DNA from: Candidatus Nomurabacteria bacterium
Lineage (GTDB): Bacteria > Patescibacteriota > Minisyncoccia > Phycocordibacterales > UBA9973
DNA length: 64,000 bases
NCBI GenBank assembly: GCA_963832025.1
Contig: CAWHSF010000003.1
Span: 294,606 to 358,605, forward strand
Reading direction: 5' to 3'
Under the pieces are notes generated by a model that ran no database searches, had not been told where the DNA came from, and worked only from the letters and a program-made list of their open reading frames with translations. Below are positions 16,716 to 26,384 of the stretch, piece by piece. Position 1 is the first letter of the stretch. The number at the start of each line of letters is the position of its first letter. A program made the position numbers and the translations under genes.

Positions 16716-16741
16716 ATTAAAGCACTTTTACAAATAAAATT

Positions 16742-16798
16742 CACCTCACCCGTCTTTGGCACCCTCTCCTTGGCAAGGAGAGGGGCTGGGGTGGGGTG
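16742..16798. repeat. repeat family F copy F1 (between divergent adk genes)
   Basis: cacctcacccgtctttggcaCCCTCTCCTTGGCAAGGAGAGGGgctggggtggggtg. Confidence 0.75.
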
Positions 16799-16834
16799 TT
16801 TGATTTTTGTGCCAAATTTCTGTATTGTGTATAT

Positions 16835-17422
16835 ATGACTCCACAAACGTTCGTATTTTATGGTATTGCTGGTGCTGGGAAGGGAACCCAGATTAAACTC
16901 CTAACGGAACTTCTAAAAAATAAAGGCGGACTAGAGACTGTCTATGCATCTCCTGGCAATGAATATAGAAGGATAACACAATCTGACGATTACATAGGTT
17001 CTTTAGTGAAAGGCCCTCTTTCTAGAGGTGAGCTTCTTCCAGGATTTTTAACCGATTCAATCATAGCTAATATTTTTATTTCTTTTTTAACTCCGGAAAA
17101 AAATTTAATTGCGGATGGATATCCTCGTGCAGTGGATCAATCTGTTAGTTTTGAGAAAATGATGGGATTTTTTGAAAGAAAAAATGTGAAAATTATTTAT
17201 ATTGAAATATCCAAAGAAGAAGCAATAAAGAGATTAAAACTAAGAGGAAGACATGACGACACCGACGAAGGAATAGCTAAAAGATTTGACGAATATGTAA
17301 AAAGCGTAGTTCCATCAATGAATTATTTTAAAGAGAAAGAAGGATATAAAATATATACTATTAATGGAGAGCAGAGCGTGGAGGATGTGCACAAAGAGAT
17401 TGTATCTGCTGTCGAACTTTAA
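16835..17422 (+). CDS. adk: adenylate kinase
   Basis: FVFYGIAGAGKGTQ P-loop; RGRHDDTDE LID region; canonical position after secY. Confidence 0.9.
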   Translation: MTPQTFVFYGIAGAGKGTQIKLLTELLKNKGGLETVYASPGNEYRRITQSDDYIGSLVKGPLSRGELLPGFLTDSIIANIFISFLTPEKNLIADGYPRAVDQSVSFEKMMGFFERKNVKIIYIEISKEEAIKRLKLRGRHDDTDEGIAKRFDEYVKSVVPSMNYFKEKEGYKIYTINGEQSVEDVHKEIVSAVEL

Positions 17423-18193
17423 ATGATAATAATTAAAACACCGGAACAAATAGAAAAAATTCGCGAAGGCTGTAAAAACCTCGCAATTGTTTTGCATAAG
17501 GTAAAAGAAAAAGTTGCTCCAGGAATTTCCACCAAGGACTTGGATATTTACGCGGAAAAATTAATTCGTGAAATGGGTGATACCCCTGCTTTTTTGAATT
17601 ATCGTCCGGAAGGTGCTTCCACGCCATTCCCCGCGACACTTTGTGTTTCCGTGAATGATGAAGTGGTGCACGGTATTCCTAGCAAAAATAGAATTTTTAA
17701 AGAAGGTGATATAGTTTCGCTTGATTTGGGAACCAACCATCAAGGTTTTTTTACCGATATGGCTTTGACTGTGCCGGTCGGAAAAGTGAGTGACAAGAAT
17801 TTAAAGCTCTTGGAAGTTACCGAGAAATCTTTACAAGTTGGCATAAGTGTAGCTGTCGCAGGAAATACTGTTGGCGATATCGGTTATGCAATTGAAAGTT
17901 ATATCCACTCGGAAGGGCAATATGGAATCGTGGAAGTTCTGTCTGGGCATGGTGTGGGCGTAGCTATCCATGAGGACCCTTATATTCCAAACTTTGGGAA
18001 ACCAGGTAAAGGAGCCAAGCTTTTGCCAGGAATGATTATTGCCATTGAACCGATGGTAAATTTAGGGACTAAAAATGTCACCATAGATGAAGATGATTGG
18101 ACTTTTCGTACTGCTGATAAAAAACCCTCCGCGCATTTTGAACATACTATTTTGATTACCGAAGGCGAGCCAGAAATTCTGACACAAATATAA
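17423..18193 (+). CDS. map: type I methionine aminopeptidase
   Basis: SVNDEVVHGIP...SLDLG...GHGVG..HE pita-bread metal ligands. Confidence 0.93.
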   Translation: MIIIKTPEQIEKIREGCKNLAIVLHKVKEKVAPGISTKDLDIYAEKLIREMGDTPAFLNYRPEGASTPFPATLCVSVNDEVVHGIPSKNRIFKEGDIVSLDLGTNHQGFFTDMALTVPVGKVSDKNLKLLEVTEKSLQVGISVAVAGNTVGDIGYAIESYIHSEGQYGIVEVLSGHGVGVAIHEDPYIPNFGKPGKGAKLLPGMIIAIEPMVNLGTKNVTIDEDDWTFRTADKKPSAHFEHTILITEGEPEILTQI

Positions 18194-18339
18194 AAACTCT
18201 TTCTTGGCGTACTTTTTATAAAGCAATCTATCTCCGCAAGCTTGCGGAGCGAACTGCTCGGCTACCCGCCTGTGCAAGGCTTTCTAAAAAGTACGCCTTC
18301 GACGAGTTTTTAATTTGCTTCTTTTATTGTATAATTTAG

Positions 18340-20442
18340 TTGATGGAACCATCCTTTTTTAAGGAAATGCCGAAGTTTAAGACTCCCGAGGAGGAGCTCG
18401 ATTATTTGCGCGCGCATGTGAAAGCACGTGAAGAAGAATTAATCAGCATTGGGCACATAGAAAATGCAGGAGACAATGCCGCCTCCGAAGTTATCGGCGC
18501 ATATAAAAATATACCGGCAGAGAAACTAATTCATAAAGATAATATTATAAAAGAAAAAGAAGCCAAAGGTATCGTTTTGGCTCTGCGCCCGGAGACTCAC
18601 GACAGTGTGATGGAGGAACTTTTGGGGATTGTAGTTACTAAAGGAGTTCGCAATGCTCTTTCGGTGGCAGAAGAGATGGATAATCCCCATATTGATGATG
18701 ATTTTCACAGAATTCTCATTCAATATTTAAAAACCGGACAAACCATGTTGGATTTTAAAGAAGGCTCGCCGGTTTACAAAGCTCTCAATATGACTCTTTT
18801 TGAAATTACGCTTCCGCCTCCGGCTGAAGGAGGAGATGCAGCGAAAGGTTTTAAAGAATTTATCGGCGCGATGGAACAATTTTACGCCGGCATGCAATCT
18901 ATCGGCGAAGGTAAGTATAACGAAAAAGAAAACTATTTTGTTTTGGAGGTGGGGCTTGGGATGAATACCGACGAGGTAGTGGTTTATGCGGCAATTCCAA
19001 ACAAACATCTATCTCTTTTTGAAAAACAAATCTTGGCTTTTTATCACAATGCAAAGATTCGTGAAGCGACTGACGACTACAATGTTTTCAACGAAAATGG
19101 CAATTCTGTCGGTGCTTATGCTGTCCTTTCTGAGCGTGGAGTGATGCCGATAAAAACCTATGACAATATTGACCATGACCCGATGAATCCGATTTTAAAT
19201 GTTTTTTCTCAATTAAAAACGATCGGCGAAGGTGCCGCGATTCAATTGGTGGTTGTGCCAGCCGGTGAAAAGTTTATCAATGAGTTTCATATGATTCTGG
19301 ACGATGTGAAAGATGGTTATTCGGTCAAACATGCATCCGATAATTTTTATAAGTTCAACAAAGCCTTTTTGAAAGTGGGCAAAGATTTTGTTTTTGGACA
19401 TAAAGAGAAAGAAGAAGAGCCCAAAGAAAAATATATGAAAGGCAGACGCGCGGTAGATGAGGGCGCGGCGGAAAAAATCGGCAACAAAATAAAAAGCACA
19501 ATCATGAAAGCTAATATTCGCGTGGTTGCCTCCGGGCAAACGCTCGAACGTGCCGAAGCTATTTTGCGCGAGATAGAATCTTCCTTCAATCAATTTTCGG
19601 AAGCAGCTAGCAACTCTTTTGTTTTTGAACAAATGAGAGGCAGTGAACTGAAACAACTCTTTCACGATTTTTCTTTTCGTACATTTAAGCCTGATAAGAC
19701 GTTGCCGTTAAATTTAAAAGAATTATCTTCAGTCTTTCATTTCCCAGTAGGTATTGATAGTCAACCACAATTGAAAGAAGCGAAAGCCGGTATCGCTCCG
19801 GCTCCGATAGAGATGGGGCAAACGGGAATTATACTCGGAATAAACAGCTATCGGGGCAGAGATACGGAAATTCACTTGGCGAGAGAAGACCGCATGAGAC
19901 ATTTTTATGTTATCGGTCAGACAGGTACAGGTAAAACGAATATCATGCTCAACATGATTACGCAAGATATAAAAAATGGAGATGGTTGCTGTTATATTGA
20001 CCCGCACGGTACCGATATTCAAACAATTCTTTCTCGTATACCTAAAGAGCGTATTGACGATGTGATTTATTTTGACCCAGCCTATACTGCACGACCGATG
20101 GGGCTTAACATGTTGGAATATGACCCGAGATATCCCGAACAGAAAACATTCGTGGTAAACGAAATGATGGGAATTTTCAATAAACTTTTTGATATGAAAG
20201 TGGGCGGTGGAGCGATGTTTGAACAATATTTTAGAAACAGCGCCTTTCTTGGTGATGGAAGACCCGGAATCCGGCTCAACCTTGCTGGAAATTACCCGTG
20301 TCTTGGCCGACAAAGAATTTCGCGATATGAAACTTGCCCGATGCAAGAACCCAATCATCAAACAATTTTGGATTTCTGCCGAGCAAACAACCGGAGACCA
20401 GTCGCTCGCGAACTTCGTGCCTTATATTTCTTCCAAGTTTGA
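18340..20442 (+). pseudogene. P-loop ATPase of VirB4/TraD/HerA-FtsK (AAA_10/DUF87-like) class with ~450-aa N-terminal domain; N-terminal ORF fragment of a gene interrupted by two compensating 1-nt frameshifts (~20228 +1, ~20446-20479 -1)
   Basis: Walker A HFYVIGQTGTGKTN, YIDPHGT, FDP motifs; true continuation is in frame 2 (20207-20479) then frame 1 (20467-21111). Confidence 0.7.
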
Positions 20443-20466
20443 TAACTTTATTTCAGTAACGATATT

Positions 20467-21111
20467 ATGCGTCCGGTAGTGCTTCAACAAAACTCCGTTT
20501 TCAATTTTAGAAAAATCATGGACGAGAAAAAAATTCTTTTAGTTAATCTTTCCAAAGGAAGATTGGGAGATATTAACGCAAACCTTATCGGTTTGGTATT
20601 GGTCGGCAAGATTCAAATGGCGGCGCTTTCCCGCGTGGATATGTTTGGTAAACCAATGAATGATTTTTATCTATATATCGATGAGTTCCAAAATGTCACC
20701 ACTGATTCCATCGCTTCCATTTTGTCTGAAGCAAGAAAATACAGACTCTCGTTAAATATTGCGCATCAATATATCACTCAACTCGAAGATAATATCAAGA
20801 ATGCTGTCTTTGGGAATGTCGGCTCGATGGCTGTTTTCCGTGTCGGCACCGAAGATGCGACATTTTTGGAACCAAAATTTAAACCGCAATTTACTGCGCA
20901 AGATATAACCAAGCTTGATAATTACAATGCTTATGTAAATATGCTGGTAAATGGTCAGCCAACCAAACCTTTCAATTTAAAAACTCTCGCGCCAGAGGTA
21001 GGCAATGCGGAAATCGTGGATAGTCTAAAAGAACTTTCTTATGTAAAATTTGGTCGTGACCGCGCCGAAGTCGAAGCCGAAATCATGGCGCGATATAGTA
21101 CGATGGAATAA
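20467..21111 (+). pseudogene. C-terminal fragment of the same ATPase (Walker B YIDEFQN region)
   Basis: LYIDEFQNVTTDSIASIL...LNIAHQYITQLED; contiguous with 18340-20442 after frame correction. Confidence 0.7.
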
Positions 21112-21113
21112 GA

Positions 21114-21155
21114 CCTCACCCCCGACCCCTCTCCTTGTGAAGGAGAGGGGAGAGA
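21114..21155. repeat. repeat family F copy F2 (after ATPase gene)
   Basis: acctcacccccgaCCCCTCTCCTTGTGAAGGAGAGGGGagag. Confidence 0.75.
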
Positions 21156-21198
21156 AATTAATTTTGCAAAAAGAATTTTTTCTGCTAGAATACTTGTT

Positions 21199-21783
21199 AT
21201 GAAACATCCAAAAGAAGAAAGAACATATGTCATGGTCAAGCCAGACGGAGTTCGTAAGGGTCTGACAGGGGAGATTATTAGTCGCTTTGAACAGCGAGAT
21301 TTGAAAATTGTGGCGTTGGAAATGTTTAAACCTTCGCACGACCAATTAGACAATCATTATCCAAAAGACGAGGCTTGGATTACTCGACTCGGCAAAAAAA
21401 CTCTTTCTACCTATGAAAAATATGGCTATGACGCGATGACGGATTTTGGCACAATTGACCCGGTTGTTATCGGTCCAGATATCCGCAAATGGCTGATTGA
21501 TTATATGGAATCTTCTCCATTAGTAAAGATGATTGTGCAAGGAGTTCATGCCGTAGACGTAGTCAGAAAAATTGCTGGTCCAACGATGCCTTATTTGGCA
21601 GAAGTCGGAACAATTCGCGGAGATTTTTCCATTGATAGTCCGGCTCTTGCGAATAAAGAAAAACGCGCGGTGATGAATATTGTACACTGTTCCGAAACTC
21701 CGGAAGAAGCGGAACATGAAATCAAGCACTGGTTTGGCGATATGAAAACTTTTGAATATAAACGCTTTGGAGTAGATGAGTAA
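21199..21783 (+). CDS. ndk: nucleoside diphosphate kinase with ~50-aa internal insertion (194 aa)
   Basis: RTYVMVKPDGVRKGLTGEIISRFEQRDLKIVALEM...NIVHCSE (active-site His). Confidence 0.88.
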   Translation: MKHPKEERTYVMVKPDGVRKGLTGEIISRFEQRDLKIVALEMFKPSHDQLDNHYPKDEAWITRLGKKTLSTYEKYGYDAMTDFGTIDPVVIGPDIRKWLIDYMESSPLVKMIVQGVHAVDVVRKIAGPTMPYLAEVGTIRGDFSIDSPALANKEKRAVMNIVHCSETPEEAEHEIKHWFGDMKTFEYKRFGVDE

Positions 21784-21786
21784 AAC

Positions 21787-22335
21787 ATGTACGAAGTTGA
21801 AGTAAAAGCAAGGTTAAAAAATAGGCAAGAAATTGTAAAAAAACTTGAATCTTTAGGCTGTAAATTTGGAGAAGAACTTCACCAAATTGACCATATTTAT
21901 TTTCCTGAAGGGCTTACTTTTCCTCCACCAATTGGCACTGGTATTTTGAGAGTTCGCAATCAAGGTGATAAATATTTTTTCACCTTAAAAATTTCTCAGT
22001 CTGGCAGACAGGATTCAATTGAAAGAGAATTGGAAGTAAAAGATGGAGAAATGATGATGGAAATTATAAAACTTTTAAAATATCAAGAAGCTCCAACCGT
22101 AAATAAGAAAAGAACTAAAACAAAGTACAAAGATATGGTAATTGAACTTGATACTGTGAAAGATTTGGGAGAATTCATTGAAGTGGAAAAAATTGTCACA
22201 GAAGAAAATCCTGAAGAAAGAAAAAAAATTCAGCAAGACTTAGCTGACTTTATTATTGCTCTAGGTGTTTCCAAAGAAGACCTGATGGTAAACAGCAAAT
22301 ACGATATTATGCTTTTTGAGAAAAATAAAAAATAA
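21787..22335 (+). CDS. CYTH-domain protein (triphosphate tunnel metalloenzyme / class IV adenylyl cyclase-like)
   Basis: N-terminal YEVEVKARL (ExExK), LRVRNQGDKYFFTLK, IEVEKIV motifs. Confidence 0.7.
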   Translation: MYEVEVKARLKNRQEIVKKLESLGCKFGEELHQIDHIYFPEGLTFPPPIGTGILRVRNQGDKYFFTLKISQSGRQDSIERELEVKDGEMMMEIIKLLKYQEAPTVNKKRTKTKYKDMVIELDTVKDLGEFIEVEKIVTEENPEERKKIQQDLADFIIALGVSKEDLMVNSKYDIMLFEKNKK

Positions 22336-22339
22336 ATTT

Positions 22340-22885
22340 ATGGCTGTTAAAATAACTTATTTTGTGCACGGAACAACCACGGACAACGAGAAAGACTTGT
22401 CCACGGGTTGGCTGGGAGGAGAATTATCGGCAAAAGGAATTGGACAAGCCAAAGAACTCGGAACTCTTGTGGCAGATAAACATTTTGATGTTGTGTTTTG
22501 TTCTGACTTAAAAAGAGCGGTTGATTCTGCCGAGCTTGGTTTCGGAGATAAATATGAAATTATTCCAGATGCTCGACTTCGTGAATGTAATTATGGAGAT
22601 AATAATGGGAAATCTATGTTCCTGTGGATAAATTCAAAGACTAAATTTATAGACACCCCGTTTCCTAAGGGAGAAAGTTATTTAGATGTTGAAAAGAGAA
22701 TAAAAGATTTTTTGGATTTTTTAAAAAATAATTATGATGGGAAAAGTGTTGCCATTGTTGCGCATCAAGCTCCGCAACTCGCCTTGGATGTTTTATTAAA
22801 AGGAAAAACTTGGGAACAAGCTTTTGTCGAAGATTGGCGAAACACCCACAGTTGGCAACCAGGATGGGGATATCAATTAGACTAA
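22340..22885 (+). CDS. histidine phosphatase family protein (phosphoglycerate-mutase-like)
   Basis: ITYFVHGTTTDNE (RHG-like catalytic His), RECNYG; start 22340 preferred over 22316. Confidence 0.75.
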   Translation: MAVKITYFVHGTTTDNEKDLSTGWLGGELSAKGIGQAKELGTLVADKHFDVVFCSDLKRAVDSAELGFGDKYEIIPDARLRECNYGDNNGKSMFLWINSKTKFIDTPFPKGESYLDVEKRIKDFLDFLKNNYDGKSVAIVAHQAPQLALDVLLKGKTWEQAFVEDWRNTHSWQPGWGYQLD

Positions 22886-22911
22886 ATTATAATTTCAACT
22901 ATAATCTTTTT

Positions 22912-23355
22912 ATGGATAAAAAAATTTGTGTATATTGTACTAATCCAAGCGTGAAGGAGAGAGAAATAATAAGCAACGAACTTGCGTGGGCTTTTCCGAC
23001 AAATATCCCGATTGTTCCTGGACATATTTTAATATGTCCGATAAGGTGTGTAGCCGATTTTAATGATATGACAAAAGAAGAGGTGACAGCCATCTTTGCT
23101 TTACAAAAAAAGTTAAAAAAAGCCTTGCAAGAAGCATTTAATGCCGAAGGTTTTAATTACGCTTGGAATGAAAACAAAGTGGCTGGGCAAGCAGTCCCTC
23201 ACTTTCATTTGCATATGTTGCCGAGAAAAGAAGGAGACACCGGAATTACTGAATATGATCCAAGAAAATTTCTTTACAGACCAGGGAGTCGAGAAACATC
23301 TCCCGACGAGGAATTAATTGCCGTAGTAGAAGGAATAAAAAAACATTTAGAATAA
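22912..23355 (+). CDS. HIT-family nucleotide hydrolase/transferase
   Basis: HFHLHMLPR histidine triad; start 22912 preferred (22810 start overlaps upstream gene). Confidence 0.85.
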   Translation: MDKKICVYCTNPSVKEREIISNELAWAFPTNIPIVPGHILICPIRCVADFNDMTKEEVTAIFALQKKLKKALQEAFNAEGFNYAWNENKVAGQAVPHFHLHMLPRKEGDTGITEYDPRKFLYRPGSRETSPDEELIAVVEGIKKHLE

Positions 23356-23363
23356 TTATTCTT

Positions 23364-23906
23364 ATGCAAGAAATTGAAACAAAAATTTTGGATGTTAATA
23401 CTGAAGAGATAAAAAAGAAACTAAATTCACTCGGCGCTGAGGAAATTTTAAACACTCGTCTAACGGTAGACTGGTACGGTCCCAAGGGTTTGACGCACGA
23501 CGGAGATGATCCATGGTTTTTAAGAATCAGGACAGATAGAGAGGGGAACAGCGAAGCAACTTGGAAGGGAAATCGTAATTTTAGCGGAGCTTCAAGTTCG
23601 CACAAAGAAATAAATTTGAAAGTTTTAGACAAAAATGCTCTTGGAAATATGTTTTTGGAATTCGGAATGGAGCTTTATGCGCACCAAGAGAAAGATAGAA
23701 TTTCTTTTTCATTAAAAAATTGGCGTTTTGATTTAGACCAGTATCCAGGGATGCCAGCATATCTAGAAATTGAAGGAACGAGTGAAGAAAGTGTGCAAGA
23801 AGCAATAAAATTACTTGGATTGGAAAATAAAATGGCTACACCAAAAGGCGAAAGAGCTGTGATAAAAGATGATTATAATTTGAATTGGTTTGATATGCGT
23901 TTTTAA
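23364..23906 (+). CDS. second CYTH-domain protein
   Basis: EIETKILDV (ExExK), LRIRTD, YLEIEGTSEE motifs. Confidence 0.7.
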   Translation: MQEIETKILDVNTEEIKKKLNSLGAEEILNTRLTVDWYGPKGLTHDGDDPWFLRIRTDREGNSEATWKGNRNFSGASSSHKEINLKVLDKNALGNMFLEFGMELYAHQEKDRISFSLKNWRFDLDQYPGMPAYLEIEGTSEESVQEAIKLLGLENKMATPKGERAVIKDDYNLNWFDMRF

Positions 23907-23949
23907 TTTAATTTTTTCTCAATTTCATTCCAAAACAAAAAAAATCTTT

Positions 23950-24152
23950 CGTCTAGGTTGCGGAAAAATATTAGGGGAGTATAGTTTAGGTAGGGTTATT
24001 TCTGATTATTACCTAGAACACTAATTTATGGGAGTTTCGATCGAGTTTAGCCTTGGCTCTACACGTCTAACACCCACTTAGCTATTAAGCTATGGTAATA
24101 CATCCGAGATAGTCCTAAGAAGAATTCTCCGCTTCGGTGGAGATTTTTTCTT
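23950..24152 (+). ncRNA. candidate structured RNA / 5' leader of unknown class ending in intrinsic terminator
   Basis: 250-nt gap without ORF; hairpins TAGGTA..TACCTA, TAGCT-ATTA-AGCTA; CTCCGC-TTCG-GTGGAG + T-run at 24124-24152. Confidence 0.25.
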
Positions 24153-24156
24153 TTCA

Positions 24157-25551
24157 ATGAGATATAATACAAGAATGGAAAAAGATATCGGAGGAACAGT
24201 TAAATTGACATTTTATGGAGGTACTGGCTCGGTAACGGGTGCAAATTTTCTTTTAGAAATTGATGGTAAGAGAATTTTAGTTGATTGCGGACTTACTCAA
24301 GGAGCAAAAGTGGCTGATGATATAAACTGGGACCCCTTTACGTACAATCCAAAGGAAATAGACATTCTTTTCGTAACTCACGCTCATGTGGACCATTTAG
24401 GTAGAGTGCCAAAACTGATACAAGAAGGATTTCGTGGAAAAATTTATTCCACTGAACCGACCAAAGGTCTTGCCACGCCAATGCTCGAAGACACTGCCGA
24501 GATTTTGAGCAAAAATACAGATTTGGGTTTGGATAAAATTTATTCAGCCGAAAATATAAAACTGGCATTGTCGCTCTGGCAAGGTTTTAAGTATCACGAA
24601 AATATAAATATCACTCCGAAAGTCACGGTGAACTTTTTAAATGCCGGACATATTTTAGGTTCGGCCATGGTTGAATTTATTTATAACGGAAAGAAAATTG
24701 TTTTTACCGGAGACTTGGGTAATAGTCCTTCGCCTATATTACCAGACACAGATAAGGTGACCGATGCGGATTATTTAGTTATGGAAAGTGTGTATGGCGA
24801 TAGAAATCATGAATCCAGAAATGAACGTCAAAAGTTTTTAGCAGAAACGATTCAGGATAATTATAAGAGAAAAGGAACGCTTATCATCCCGACTTTTTCC
24901 CTGGAACGTTCACAAGAACTTCTCTTTGAGCTTGATGGGCTTGTGACCAATGACCGTATTCCAGTCATGCCGATTTTTTTTGATTCTCCTTTAGCTATCC
25001 GTCTGACCGATGTTTTTAAACAATACAAAAGTTACTTCAACGAAGCGGCGCAAAACGCCATTTCTTCTAAAGAATATTTATTTAATTTCCCGGGTCTGCA
25101 TAGCACTTTGCGCTCGGAGGAATCCAAAATGATTGATACCGTACCAAATCCCAAAATAGTTATCGCCGGTTCCGGTATGTCGACCGGTGGACGTGTGGTG
25201 CATCATGAAAAACATTATTTACCGGACCCAAACAACACCTTATTGTTGACTGGCTATCAATCTGTCGGAACCCCCGGACGTTTGATTGAAGAAGGAATGA
25301 AGACTGTACGTATTTCCGGAGAAGAAGTGGTGGTTCGTTCACACGTTGTTGTAATATCTGGATATTCTGGCCATAAAGACTCTGACCACCTACTCCAATT
25401 TGTGGAAGACATGCAGGATAAAGTGAAACAAATTTTTGTGGTGATGGGAGAACCAAAATCCGAAATGTTTTTGGTACAAAAAATTCGTGACAACTTGGGT
25501 CTCAATGCTTCTGCGCCAGAGCAGGGAAGCAGTGTAATATTAAATTTCTAA
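24157..25551 (+). CDS. MBL-fold beta-CASP ribonuclease (RNase J / CPSF-like)
   Basis: FVTHAHVDHLGRVP motif 2, GDLGNSPSP, beta-CASP length ~460 aa. Confidence 0.8.
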   Translation: MRYNTRMEKDIGGTVKLTFYGGTGSVTGANFLLEIDGKRILVDCGLTQGAKVADDINWDPFTYNPKEIDILFVTHAHVDHLGRVPKLIQEGFRGKIYSTEPTKGLATPMLEDTAEILSKNTDLGLDKIYSAENIKLALSLWQGFKYHENINITPKVTVNFLNAGHILGSAMVEFIYNGKKIVFTGDLGNSPSPILPDTDKVTDADYLVMESVYGDRNHESRNERQKFLAETIQDNYKRKGTLIIPTFSLERSQELLFELDGLVTNDRIPVMPIFFDSPLAIRLTDVFKQYKSYFNEAAQNAISSKEYLFNFPGLHSTLRSEESKMIDTVPNPKIVIAGSGMSTGGRVVHHEKHYLPDPNNTLLLTGYQSVGTPGRLIEEGMKTVRISGEEVVVRSHVVVISGYSGHKDSDHLLQFVEDMQDKVKQIFVVMGEPKSEMFLVQKIRDNLGLNASAPEQGSSVILNF

Positions 25552-25648
25552 TTACAAAAAGGATAGAACATTTTAGGGCACAGATATTTTTTTGCTAAAA
25601 AATTCTTCCTGCTCGCGCCGTTGCACTGCGCAAGTCCCTAAAATGTTC
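25546..25648. repeat. 23-bp perfect inverted repeat AAAAAGGATAGAACATTTTAGGG / CCCTAAAATGTTCTATCCTTTTT around 56-nt spacer
   Basis: Read directly; overlaps stop of RNase J-like gene; no T-run. Confidence 0.6.
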
Positions 25649-25705
25649 TATCCTTTTTGCTGCAATTTTGTTGTCCGACAAGGATGTTTATGCTACACTA
25701 ACGAA

Positions 25706-26324
25706 ATGAATTTAAGTGAATTGAATAATAAACACGGACACAACCAAATCAAAATCTGTGTCTCCGGTGCAGCGGAGACGGGTCATTGCGGAATCGGAGC
25801 GTTAGACTTAGCTAAAGAACTAGGACGGGAAATTGCTCGCCAAGGCGCGGTGTTGGTGACGGGAGCAACGACAGGATTTCCTTTCTGGGCTGCGATGGGC
25901 GCCAAAGAAGAAGGCGGAATTTCCATCGGTATCTCTCCGGCAGCTTCGGAGCGTGAACACGTGGAAGTTTACAAACTCCCGATAGATTACATGGATTTGA
26001 TTATTTATACCGGCTTTGGTTACCCCGGTCGCGATCTTTTACTGACTCGTAGTTCTGATGCTGTCGTACTGCGGTTGTGGGCGAATCGGCACGATTCATG
26101 AGTTTACGGTTGCCTTTGAAGACCAAAAACCAATCGGTATATTTGAAGGTCCTTGGGAGATGAGCGCGGAACTCGAAGAAATAATAGCGAAAGGACATCG
26201 CCCGGATCCGAAAATTGTTCACAGCCCCGACCCCAAAAAACTTCTTGAAGAAGTGATTGCTTTGGTGAAGAAAGACAAAATTGAATACAAAGCTTCCAAA
26301 CCCTCTAGTTCTCCTGTGCAATAA
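25706..26324 (+). CDS. TIGR00725/LOG-like (SLOG Rossmann) protein, interrupted by 1-nt frameshift near 26068
   Basis: ICVSGAAETG...VLVTGATTGFPFWAAMGA; second frame continues CGCGRIGTIHEFTVAFEDQKPIGIFEG. Confidence 0.65.
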
Positions 26325-26384
26325 AAATCAAATAAACAACATAAAGAAAAATCCCCTAGATGGGGATTTTTCTTTATGTTGTTT

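Noticed and set aside
18205-18300. Inverted repeat GGCGTACTTTTTATAAAG...CTTTCTAAAAAGTACGCC after map as a new repeat family
   Set aside because: Only one copy in the window. A weak 13-nt match at 34870 in opposite orientation is insufficient, so it is treated as a simple terminator/hairpin.
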